From an uncultured Planctomycetaceae bacterium (GTDB lineage Bacteria; Planctomycetota; Planctomycetia; Planctomycetales; Planctomycetaceae), in assembly GCA_963813715.1 (NCBI GenBank), contig CAWFAK010000007.1, positions 352,001 to 416,000 of the forward strand: 64,000 nt of DNA, in the 5' to 3' direction. Below the pieces are notes generated by a model, which saw only the letters and a list, made by a program, of their open reading frames with translations, was not told where the DNA came from and ran no database searches. Each line of letters starts with the position of its first letter. Position 1 is the first letter of the stretch. Made by a program: the position numbers and the translations under genes. Shown here piece by piece: positions 11,708 to 20,633 of the stretch.

Positions 11708-12703
11708 TCAGGGACCAAAAACCTCGCGACGGATCACCGCCTGCGCGGACATGACGCGGCGAAAGGGCCGCACGGTTTGCAGGTAAAGCCCCATTTCGCC
11801 CATCCCGTAAGTGCCGCCGTACGGACCGGCGTAAGCGGCGCCCCCTTGGTTGTCGGGGGGCGGCGGATCGGGCGCGACGGGCGTGCCGCCTCCCGGAATC
11901 GCGTTCGTCGCCGTCACACCTGCGTCGTCGGCGAGCATGGGACTGCCGGCGGTCGGCTCCGCTTCGCCGTTGGCATCCAGCGCGGCCGGTTGATAGCCGG
12001 CCATCGTCGCAGCCTGAAACGGATAATTCAGCCGGACGGCAACCACCCCTCCGGGCATTCCGGACGGAGGCGTCGAGGCGACGCTGAAGGCTCCGTTGCC
12101 ATTGGAATCGGTGATCTCTTCCAAGACCGCGTGCCACTCGATCGTCTCCGGCCCCACGCCGGACGGGCTGACGACGAGCGGAACGGCCACCGTAAAGCCG
12201 CTGTAGCCGGGCTTGGGGGTTGTGGAAGTGCTCGTGATCAGGGCGCCGGGATAGCGCAAGAGCGGAACGCCGCCGACTGTGTCGGAAATCATCATCGGCA
12301 AGAGCGCCTGGTTCACCGACGGCAGCGTAATCCCTTGGGCGGCGAAGAAGTCGAAGATCGACTGGCCCGACTGCATGGCGCTGAGGTTGATCGCCAGATA
12401 ATTCGGATCGTAGACGCCGTCGATCACCTGCTGGTTGGCGAGTGCGTCGGCGAACGTGGCGGTCGAGGGCAACGGCACGCGGGACAATTCGCGGGCCGCC
12501 ACGTCGACCGCGGTTTGCAGCGTTTGCGTCCCGGTGAAGAGCCGACCGAATTCGACGATGGCCACGACAAGCAGGTAGATCACAAGGAAGATGAGCGCGA
12601 ACTCGAGCACAGCCTGGCCGCGGCGCCGAGTCGATTTCGCGTGTGCTTTGGCCACGCCGGTTTTTGGCAACCGGCGTGACGGCTCTTCACAACACCGACG
12701 CAT
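11708..12703 (-). CDS. TadE-like pseudopilin (alternative start GTG 12655)
   Basis: RRRGQAVLEFALIFLVIYLLVVAIVEFGR...AVDVAARE prepilin/TadE motif; long C-terminal domain. Confidence 0.85.
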   Translation of the reverse strand: MRRCCEEPSRRLPKTGVAKAHAKSTRRRGQAVLEFALIFLVIYLLVVAIVEFGRLFTGTQTLQTAVDVAARELSRVPLPSTATFADALANQQVIDGVYDPNYLAINLSAMQSGQSIFDFFAAQGITLPSVNQALLPMMISDTVGGVPLLRYPGALITSTSTTPKPGYSGFTVAVPLVVSPSGVGPETIEWHAVLEEITDSNGNGAFSVASTPPSGMPGGVVAVRLNYPFQAATMAGYQPAALDANGEAEPTAGSPMLADDAGVTATNAIPGGGTPVAPDPPPPDNQGGAAYAGPYGGTYGMGEMGLYLQTVRPFRRVMSAQAVIRREVFGP

Positions 12704-13115
12704 GATGCCAAAACTCCAAACGGACCAGGTAAGCCAAGAGACCGATTGCGATGGCGGGGACGTAGGCCAGATCGCGACGCCCGCGAATCACCGCGACGAG
12801 CGCCAGCACACCTCCCGATAGCGCGACCCAAAAGAGGGCCGACAAGAGCGCGAGCGGGCCGAGGGCCGCGCCCAGCGCGACAACAAGCTTGACGTCGCCG
12901 CCGCCGAAGCCGCCGAGAGCATAAAGCGGAAGCGTCAGCGCGAGGCCGAGCCCGGCTCCTAGCGCAAGTCCCGCCCACGTGACCTCCGTGAAGCCGGCCG
13001 CGATCGCCGCGACCGCGCAAACGACGAGCGCGGCCCCGATCCAGTCGGGCACCTCGCGCCGTCGCAGGTCGTAAACGGTGGCGACCAGGGTCAGTCCGAT
13101 CGCGATGAAAATCAT
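12687..13115 (-). CDS. cpaA: Prepilin peptidase CpaA/TadV (A24 family)
   Basis: YDLRRREVPDW and GGGDVKL aspartate motifs, LAYVPAIAIG. Confidence 0.9.
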   Translation of the reverse strand: MIFIAIGLTLVATVYDLRRREVPDWIGAALVVCAVAAIAAGFTEVTWAGLALGAGLGLALTLPLYALGGFGGGDVKLVVALGAALGPLALLSALFWVALSGGVLALVAVIRGRRDLAYVPAIAIGLLAYLVRLEFWHHASVL

Positions 13116-13154
13116 GGTGTTGCTTGGGTTGCAGATGCGGTCACGTCGCGGAGA

Positions 13155-13182
13155 CTCCCTGCGCCGACGGAGGCGCAGGGAG
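13155..13182 (-). terminator. Perfect 11-bp stem-loop after the pilin gene
   Basis: ctccctgcgcc-gacgga-ggcgcagggag, 27 nt past the flp stop; no U-tract, so a pause or stability hairpin is more likely than a strong terminator. Confidence 0.6.
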
Positions 13183-13209
13183 CCCGGTCAGGACGCGAAG
13201 GGGGTTACG

Positions 13210-13572
13210 TCATTGCGACTCGATAATCGTGCCACCGAGTCCGTTCGTCGCGTTGGGCGATTGCGCACCGTAGAGGTTGGTGCCGAGCCGATCCGTGCCG
13301 TCGTTGGCGAGGATCCCGACCGTGCTGACCTCGATCGCCTTGCCGGTCAGTCCGCCCGAAGTGTCGGTTTCAATCAAGTGGCCGCTGGTAATCGGGTTGT
13401 TGTCATCCTGATGAGCACCGGGCAGCAGGACGGCAGCCGCGTCCATCAGATCCGAGGTCTTGTGGCCGAGCAAGGAAATGCCAACCAGTGACACGATAGC
13501 GATGCCGGAGACGAGTAGGGCGTACTCAACGAGCCCCTGACCTTTGCGATCACGTGCGAGTCTGCGAAACAT
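13210..13572 (-). CDS. flp: Flp (type IVc) pilin with C-terminal extension, 120 aa
   Basis: RKG|QGLVEYALL prepilin cleavage site with the EY motif and hydrophobic helix; ATG at 13572 after GAAAGG. Confidence 0.88.
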   Translation of the reverse strand: MFRRLARDRKGQGLVEYALLVSGIAIVSLVGISLLGHKTSDLMDAAAVLLPGAHQDDNNPITSGHLIETDTSGGLTGKAIEVSTVGILANDGTDRLGTNLYGAQSPNATNGLGGTIIESQ

Positions 13573-13916
13573 GAGAGCACCTTTCGAGGGAAAAGGAACC
13601 AAGGATGCAGGAAGAAGAACTAGGACGCGGATATCGTTAAAACCGTCTCGCCTCCGCCGCGATTTCGGCGCGGGGCTGCGGTCTGACCAACCATTCGCCT
13701 CGCGCTAGGCGCACACGGAGACGAGAACGGCGTTGCAGCAATGGTCTCGGTACGCGGCCGTTGATGAGTCAGTCGACGCAGACCGAAGCGACGACTAGCT
13801 GCCGGAGGCGGGGAGTCCCCTGAATCTCCGGATCCCACTCAATTCGCGCAACAGCAATCGCAATTGATCTGCGCGAAGCAACGAACCTTCAGTGGGTGTG
13901 CCGCGACAAGAGAGCG

Positions 13917-14285
13917 TCAGGCGCAGGGAGGCGGACGCGGACCCGCAATGCCGAGGGCAAAGACTGCCACGATCGGCGGGAAGAAATGCGGCGGCGCGGG
14001 TACGACGGCTTGAGTCAGCTCGCTGCCGGCGATGGTCGCCGCAATCTGACCTTGCGCCTGGAACTGGCAAATCGGGCAAGTGTCGGCATCGTGGGCATAG
14101 TCGACAGCGTCCGCCCGAAGGGCAGTCGACGGATCACTGGCCGGCACTGCCTCAGAGGCGATGGCACGCACCGCATGCTCGTGCTCGCAGCCCAACAGCT
14201 CATGCAGGCCCGGCCCCAACAGCATCATCCCCGTGTAGAGGACGAGCATGCCGGCTACGAAAGCTCGTTTCGGGCGAACCAGCAT
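13917..14285 (-). CDS. DUF2946/CruR-like leader protein (candidate metal-sensing arrest peptide)
   Basis: Hydrophobic N-terminus, HELLGCEHEH, HDADTCPICQF (CxxC), C-terminal GPRPPPCA-stop. Confidence 0.75.
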   Translation of the reverse strand: MLVRPKRAFVAGMLVLYTGMMLLGPGLHELLGCEHEHAVRAIASEAVPASDPSTALRADAVDYAHDADTCPICQFQAQGQIAATIAGSELTQAVVPAPPHFFPPIVAVFALGIAGPRPPPCA

Positions 14286-14313
14286 CGGGCAGAATCCACC
14301 AAAAATGCCGCGG

Positions 14314-14348
14314 CGCAACTCAATCGCAAGCGCAACTAAGTTGCGATT
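14314..14348. promoter_or_regulatory. Fur-family-type operator: perfect 7-1-7 palindrome plus a degenerate tandem copy
   Basis: CGCAACT-A-AGTTGCG at 14331-14345; CGCAACT-C-AATCGCA at 14314-14328. Confidence 0.7.
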
Positions 14349-14374
14349 ATGGAAACACTCCTTTGCGTTGTCAA
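14346..14374 (-). promoter_or_regulatory. Sigma70 promoter for the leader and Tad operon
   Basis: Minus strand TTGACA (14374-14369), 17-nt spacer, CATAAT (14351-14346). Confidence 0.75.
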
Positions 14375-14571
14375 CGAGATTCGGGGACGGTCTCGATCAA
14401 TTTGTCGCAAGTTTTTCTGGAGCAATCTTGCGGCAAATTCATCGAAAGTGCCAAGGCGAGCGCCGTTTGCTAAACTGCATGGCGACCAACCATTCGAAGA
14501 CCTGCCTCCGCGAGCGATCACCGACCGTCCGCGGGTAGCCGGGCCTTCGCCGTTCGACAAAAAGCGGTCTC

Positions 14572-15015
14572 ATGACATCCACCAAAGCCAGTGGTGAGCG
14601 CGAGGCGCTGTGCGCTCGCATGCAGGAATTCGGTCTCCGCTGTACGGCCGCGCGGCTCGCGGTCCTGGGAGAATTGCAACGCTCGACGAGTCCGCAGAGC
14701 CACGCGGACATCGCCCGAGCGCTCGCCCCTTTGGAACTCGACCGCGCGACGGTTTATCGCAATTTGATGGAGCTGAGCGAATCCGGCCTCGTGTCGCGAC
14801 TCGACTTGGGCGACCACATCTGGCGATTTGAGCTGCGGAAAAACGGCCAGGGCGACCTGGCCGAACACGCCCATTTTCTCTGCACCGAGTGTGGTCAGGT
14901 CTCCTGCCTCGACGGCGTCGAAATTCGTGTCACTCCGACCCCGCGGCGCAAACGCTCGTCGCTCGGCAACGTCACCGAAATCCTGCTCAAGGGCCGGTGC
15001 GTGCGTTGCTCCTAA
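14572..15015 (+). CDS. Fur-family metalloregulator (possibly Zur-like)
   Basis: GLRCTAARLAVL, DRATVYRNL helix-turn-helix, HAHFLCTECG and GRCVRC Cys pairs. Confidence 0.92.
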   Translation: MTSTKASGEREALCARMQEFGLRCTAARLAVLGELQRSTSPQSHADIARALAPLELDRATVYRNLMELSESGLVSRLDLGDHIWRFELRKNGQGDLAEHAHFLCTECGQVSCLDGVEIRVTPTPRRKRSSLGNVTEILLKGRCVRCS

Positions 15016-15228
15016 GGAGCACGTCAGCAGTTGGTTGGCCAATGCTGCTCAGCGATCGCAGCCTTCGATGACGTTGGATTTTCCCGAATTGATCCGAATC
15101 TGAATCTCAATCCAGATTCGACCTTTGTCAGAATCCCTGCTCCGGGATCTCGGCGGCAGCCGAATCTGCCTCAGCCGCGAATCAAGCGACTCGAGCAGCC
15201 GAAAGTTTCCGATTGACGCCGGCCAAGA

Positions 15229-16593
15229 TTACCACCGGAGAATTACGTCCGTGGCGACTGTGAACAGGCTGTGCTTGTCCTCGAAAGGACGGGAGTCTGC
15301 GTTGTAGTCGTAACGCAATTCCGGCCGCACGACGATCCACTTCCAAGGCTTGAACGACAAGCCCGCGGTCAAGTCGGTGTAAAGGCCGGCGAAGCCGGTG
15401 CGTTGCCCCTGCTCGTCGTCAAAGAATTCCAGTCGCGTGGTGCCGCTCAGCCGCGGCGAGAACTCGTAGATCAAATAGTTCGGGAAGCCGATCCAAGTGG
15501 CCGTGCCAATGTTGGGAACGTCGGTCGTCAGGCCGAACAGGCTCTCGAAGTTGTACGTCAGCTTATTGCTGAATTTGTGCGTGTAGACCAGATCGAGCAC
15601 CTCGGGGTTGTCGTGATTGTAGGCTTGTAGGTAGCGACCCGAACCGAGAATCACGTTGAACAACACGCTGTCGTTTTGATCCTTTGAGGTCCATTTCACG
15701 CTGCCGATGAACGTCGGGGTGGCCGCTGGATCGATGAAGACGTCGCTGCCCGTCACGAGCCCGGCCTGCAGGGTCCAAGCGTCGGAGAGCTTGGTCGTCG
15801 TCAAAATGCCGGTGTGCGTAAACGGATCGTACAGGTCGGTGTAGGCGTGTGAGAACAGGGGCGTGTTGATCGTGTCGGTCGTCTCCACGCCATACTGCGA
15901 AAAGAAGTGCCCAATCTTCACATCCATGCCTTGGGCGATGCTGGGAAAATAGGCCTCCCCATAGAACTGGATCGGGTCGATTCCGTAGAGGTTCGGACCG
16001 CCGTGATCGTCAGTGAGCTGTCCGCTGAAGAGTCCTCGCGCCAGCGTGAACCGATAGTCTGATCCAGGCAGAATGGTGTCGGACCGGAAGCCAAAACTCG
16101 AGTCACTGCTGTTCGTATCAACGGGCTGATCGATGCGCAACCAGTTTTGATCGAGCAAGAAGTTGTTTGCCAGATAGTTGAAACCCAGAGGCAAATTGAT
16201 GCTGCGGTCCGTGCTGCCGGTAAAGGACATATCGGTCCAGCCGTAGATCTGGATCCGGTTGTCGGCGAGAAACGAGCCAAGCGAGGTTCCCCGGAGGGAG
16301 CGCATCAAGAGCCATTCGTCCGTGGCGGGTTCGGCAGGCGGAGCGGAGGTTGGTGCGTCGGGATTTGCAGGCGCTTGGGCCTGAAGTGACGCGACCGCCG
16401 ACTCCAGCGAAATCTGCGTTACCGGAAGCGCCGAATCGCTTTGATCCGATCCGCCGTCGCGATCCTCGGCCGGCAAGAGCCTGGGTCCGCAGGCCAGCCA
16501 GGCGCCGAGAAGAGCGCGCAGGATGAGACGGCGCACGGCCGGTCGATCATGACGGCTTTGAAACACAACGAAGATATCGGTTGCCCGCTGCAC
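15229..16593 (-). CDS. Outer-membrane beta-barrel porin (BBP2/DUF1597-like); start uncertain
   Basis: IQIYGW, KIGHFFSQYGVE, FSHAYT...PFTHTG, RLEFFDD, RPELRYD, C-terminal Trp. Confidence 0.85.
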   Translation of the reverse strand: MQRATDIFVVFQSRHDRPAVRRLILRALLGAWLACGPRLLPAEDRDGGSDQSDSALPVTQISLESAVASLQAQAPANPDAPTSAPPAEPATDEWLLMRSLRGTSLGSFLADNRIQIYGWTDMSFTGSTDRSINLPLGFNYLANNFLLDQNWLRIDQPVDTNSSDSSFGFRSDTILPGSDYRFTLARGLFSGQLTDDHGGPNLYGIDPIQFYGEAYFPSIAQGMDVKIGHFFSQYGVETTDTINTPLFSHAYTDLYDPFTHTGILTTTKLSDAWTLQAGLVTGSDVFIDPAATPTFIGSVKWTSKDQNDSVLFNVILGSGRYLQAYNHDNPEVLDLVYTHKFSNKLTYNFESLFGLTTDVPNIGTATWIGFPNYLIYEFSPRLSGTTRLEFFDDEQGQRTGFAGLYTDLTAGLSFKPWKWIVVRPELRYDYNADSRPFEDKHSLFTVATDVILRW

Positions 16594-16937
16594 GCCGCCC
16601 CACCATGCGGAGCAACGATTGACGGCTCTTGGCGAGCCTTTGACCGGTCCAACGGCCCTCGGGTCAGCGCAATCGTCATAACCGGAGCATCTTTAAAAGC
16701 CTTCGGACGTTCGTGAGAACGACCAGGGGCCGCAATCGCAGTCACTCGACAAGACTAGCTCCATTTGCAGTCGTCACGGACCCGCCCAAATGACGACTTT
16801 TCGACAATTGGCGGGTTTTCGGCAAACCCTCCTGGAACGTGCCCCCGGGGCCTTATTAGTCTGACCTTTATCGCCCGAAAGCGCCGCAACTTGCGGACGA
16901 TGCATTGAGCCCGGTTGTTGCGCGACAGGAGGCCCTT

Positions 16938-18401
16938 GTGGCTGGCCCGCCAATTACGCAATCAGTGACTTCCACTTCGGCAGCCGCGCCAGCGGGTGCA
17001 GCCCCGGCCCCGCCCGCCAAAACAGAGACGCCGCCGGGAGAAACCGCCGGAAAAAAGAACCCCAGGCGGTTTTGGTCCATCGTGCTGGTCTCCGTTCTGG
17101 GGGTCATCGCGATTGCGTTTCTCGCTCGATGGGCCATTGGTCGAGCGACCTCTTCGATCACGGACGACGCGTTCATTGAGGCGCATATCGTCAACGTCGC
17201 GCCGCAGTCGGTGTCCGGAGACCTCGTCCGTAACCTCGTCGAAGAAAATGACCGAGTCGAGCAGGGACAACTGCTTGCTGAGATCGATCCTGTCCCCTAT
17301 CGCGACCAGGTCGAGCTGGCGCGCAGCAAGCTGGACGGTGCAGAGGCGGAATTGCGGCGTCAGCAAGCCGCGCTCGACCGTCTCAAGCAGGAAGTCCCAA
17401 TTCAAATCGAGATTTCCCGGCGCTCGCACGCGGCGGCCCAAGCGGACCAGGCCCGAGCGAAGGAGGCTCTCAAGCTCACGATCGACAGCGTCGAGAAAGG
17501 CGTCGAGGAAGCCCAGGCCGGTCTGGCCGCGGCAAAGGCGGATCTGGTTTTGGCGGAGCAGGAGTACACAAGGTTCTCGACGCTGTACAAGCAGGACGCG
17601 GTGCCGTTGCGGCGCTCCCAAGAGGTGACGCGTTCGAAAGACGCTGCAGAAGCACAGCGCAACTTGGCGGCAGCGAAACTCGCCAAGGCGGAGGCCGAGC
17701 GGACACAAATCGAAGTCGCGAAACGCACCTTAGAGGCTGCTGAAAAAACAACTCTGAAGGCGGCAAGCGGAGTTGACCTCGCTGAGACCGGCAACGCTCA
17801 GATCCGAGAAATGGAACTTCTGACGGCTCTCAAGAAAGAGGACGTTAAAGAGGCACAGCGGGCGCTGATTTCCGCCGAGGACCAGCTCAAGTACACGCAA
17901 ATTCATGCTCCGTTTCCTGGCATCATCGTGAAGCTCTACCGTCACCTCGGTGATTTTGCATCGGCCGGCGTCCCGATTCTCAGCATGTACAACCCCGACC
18001 TCATGTATGTGACCGCGAACTTGGAAGAGACGCGGCTGCGCGGGGTGGCACCTGGAAATGCGGTTGAGCTCCAAATCGACGCCTTCGCCGAACCGTTCCG
18101 GGGCCGAGTCGTTTGGATCGACAAATCGACCGGAGCGGAGTTCTCGCTGATGCCGCGGAACGTCGTTTCGGGCGAGTTCACAAAAGTCGTGCAACGCGTG
18201 CCGGTGCGAATTCAGATCGAAAAGGACGATCGCTGGCCCAATCTGCAGGCGGGGCTTTCGGTCCGAGCGATCATCAGCCACGGGGCGGGCGACCCGGAAT
18301 GGGCGAAACGCGCCGCTGGTGAGATGTCGGACCTCGAAACTCGCTTCAACCGGAGTCAGAACGACCAGATCCCGGCTGCACCGTCTGGCGCGCAACGATG
18401 A
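16938..18401 (+). CDS. HlyD/EmrA-family membrane fusion protein
   Basis: GTG after AGGAGG; TDDAFIEAH, IHAPFPG, VTANLEET, GEFTKVVQRVPVRI. Confidence 0.92.
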   Translation: MAGPPITQSVTSTSAAAPAGAAPAPPAKTETPPGETAGKKNPRRFWSIVLVSVLGVIAIAFLARWAIGRATSSITDDAFIEAHIVNVAPQSVSGDLVRNLVEENDRVEQGQLLAEIDPVPYRDQVELARSKLDGAEAELRRQQAALDRLKQEVPIQIEISRRSHAAAQADQARAKEALKLTIDSVEKGVEEAQAGLAAAKADLVLAEQEYTRFSTLYKQDAVPLRRSQEVTRSKDAAEAQRNLAAAKLAKAEAERTQIEVAKRTLEAAEKTTLKAASGVDLAETGNAQIREMELLTALKKEDVKEAQRALISAEDQLKYTQIHAPFPGIIVKLYRHLGDFASAGVPILSMYNPDLMYVTANLEETRLRGVAPGNAVELQIDAFAEPFRGRVVWIDKSTGAEFSLMPRNVVSGEFTKVVQRVPVRIQIEKDDRWPNLQAGLSVRAIISHGAGDPEWAKRAAGEMSDLETRFNRSQNDQIPAAPSGAQR

Positions 18402-19988
18402 GTCAGGTCAAGACGATCACGTCGCAGTCCCCCGCAGTCGCACAATCCGAACCGACTCCCGCGGACAGAGCGGCTTGGCTCGCCGCTCTCGCGGTTGTCC
18501 CGATCCTGGCCACCGTTTACCAGACCCTGGTCCTCACGGACGTGACCTCCGACGTCATCCGCAAAGGCATCGAGGGTGACAAGTACGCCATGATTTGGAC
18601 AGACGTCTGCTGGGGAGTGGCAACTTTGTACGGGGTCTTCGCTGGTCTTTGGGCCATGCCCCGATTCGGCGCACGGATCATGCTGCAAATCGGATTGGTT
18701 TGGTTTGCAGTCGGCAACCTTCTCTGCGGAGCAGCGCTCGACGTCACGTCGCTATCGGTCGCGAAACTCGTCGAAGGCATTGGCAAGGGCCTGGTGATCA
18801 TCCTCTGTCGCGCAACACTCTATCGCCAGTTTGATCGCATGGTGATCGTGGCGATTGGCTTTTACGGAATCGTCGCCTATGCCACCCGGCCCACCACACC
18901 CCTCGTGACGGCGCTGATCAACGACGCGTTTTCCTGGCGCTGGATTTTTTGGGTCAACATCCCCTTCGCCCTCTTGGCGATCCCTCTGGTGCGACGGTTC
19001 ATTCGACCCGATCGTCCGCCGCGACCAATCCTACTGCACATCGACTGGATCGCTGTCACTTTGTTGACGGGCTGGGCTGTTAGTCTCGCATTCTGCTTCG
19101 GCTGGTACCGGAAATGGGGCGGGTGGTCGTCGAATGAATTCACGATTGTTGCCGTGCTTGACCTCGTGATACCGGCCATTCTGGCCGCTTGGGTCGCTGG
19201 CGGGATCAGTGCCGACGAGCACCTCCGCAGAATTGTCCGCGTTCGGGTTTACGTGTTAGCCATGTGCTGTCGCATGCTCCTGTTAGTACAGCTTTTGGCA
19301 GGCATGACCTTAATGGCGAGTTATCTCGTCGAGCTGCGCGACTATCCCCGTGTGGTCGCCGGGTGGATCCTCGCTTCGGCGACGATCATGATGGTAGTCT
19401 CGACTTTCTTGACGACCTATTTTCATCAACGGTCGCTCCGGCATTTTTGGCTCTTCGTGGGAATCGTCGGCTGCGCCGCGTGCTTGTGGTGGATGGCTTC
19501 GGTCGACAATTTCACGAGCAAGGAACGCATCGCCCTCATGATGGCCTGCTGGGGGCTGTTTTTGGGTCTGCTGCCGCCGAGCTTCCTTCAGGACGAAGTC
19601 GAGGCGCTGGATCGCCGCGATGCACTTTATGCCGGTGCGCTCGCGGTCGTCGCTTTGATCGTTCCAATCATCGTGATTCCGACGATGACGAGCACGATCG
19701 TCTCTGCATGGACCGATCGGGCGGCCGACGCGCAGCGGCTGAACCTGCACGAGAATAGCCCGGCAGTTCATGATTCCTCTGCACGGGTAGCCGACTACTA
19801 CCACCAACGGGGAGTCGAAGGCCCCGAACTCTCGCAGAGACACTTCCACGGTTTTGGGAGCATTCGTGAAGACGGAAGCCGTGGCCATGGGGATTCAGCG
19901 CGGCCTGCAGTTCCTGAGCCTCGTTGTCGGTGGGATTGGCTTGTGCGTAGGGGGCTTGCTGGTCTGGCCGCGTAAGAGTGCGGCTTAA
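18398..19988 (+). CDS. MFS transporter, DHA2/EmrB-like (frameshift near 19840)
   Basis: Many TM helices, WRWIFWVNIP; the last TM helix continues in another frame to TAA at 19986-19988. Confidence 0.85.
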
Positions 19989-20036
19989 AGCCGGGCGTCC
20001 GGCGGTGAGCTTGGGTGGATGAAAGGACGACTTCAA

Positions 20037-20552
20037 ATGCCCGACGTCGGCCATTTGTGGGCTGTCGGATTCGACGACGTCTCTGGTGCGGATCGAGTCT
20101 GCGGTCAGATCGTTAAGCTCGCCGAACGGCATTGCCTGGTCCTTACAGACTGGACCGTGGCGGTGCGGTACCGCGACGGATCGTTCACCGTCGGCGGTGA
20201 GCCACTGCTGCAACCCAGCTGGCATGGCCGCCTGGCCAACTTCTTCGCCAGCCTGGCATTGGGCGCGCCGCCACTGACAAGTGCGGCGGTCGGAGCTTTT
20301 ACGAGTGGCGCCCAGACGGATACTGGCATCAGCGACGACTTCGTCGGACAAGTCAAGGAGCTCATGAAGCCGGGGACTTCGGCTCTGTTCGTTGTCGACG
20401 CGGCAGCGGATTTGAACGCGATTCTCGAGGGAATTCGAGGTCTGGGCGGGACGGTGCTGAAGACCAACGTCGACTTGGACCGCGCTCGGCTGATTCAGGC
20501 GACACTTGCGGGCTCTTCCGGCCACCAGCAAAACGACTCAAAGCCCGGCTGA
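20037..20552 (+). CDS. DUF1269 family membrane protein
   Basis: GISDDFVGQVKELMKPGTSALFV, GGTVLKTNV. Confidence 0.8.
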   Translation: MPDVGHLWAVGFDDVSGADRVCGQIVKLAERHCLVLTDWTVAVRYRDGSFTVGGEPLLQPSWHGRLANFFASLALGAPPLTSAAVGAFTSGAQTDTGISDDFVGQVKELMKPGTSALFVVDAAADLNAILEGIRGLGGTVLKTNVDLDRARLIQATLAGSSGHQQNDSKPG

Positions 20553-20633
20553 GATGCCGCGAAGCGCCCGTCGAAACGGAAGCTGGGCCGACACAGTGCG
20601 CGATCGGATCGCGAAACCGGCTTCGCCGAAGGC

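Noticed and set aside
13573..13916. Known riboswitch (c-di-GMP, cobalamin) upstream of flp
   Set aside because: I could not find the conserved cores by eye; an Rfam/Infernal scan is needed to exclude one.
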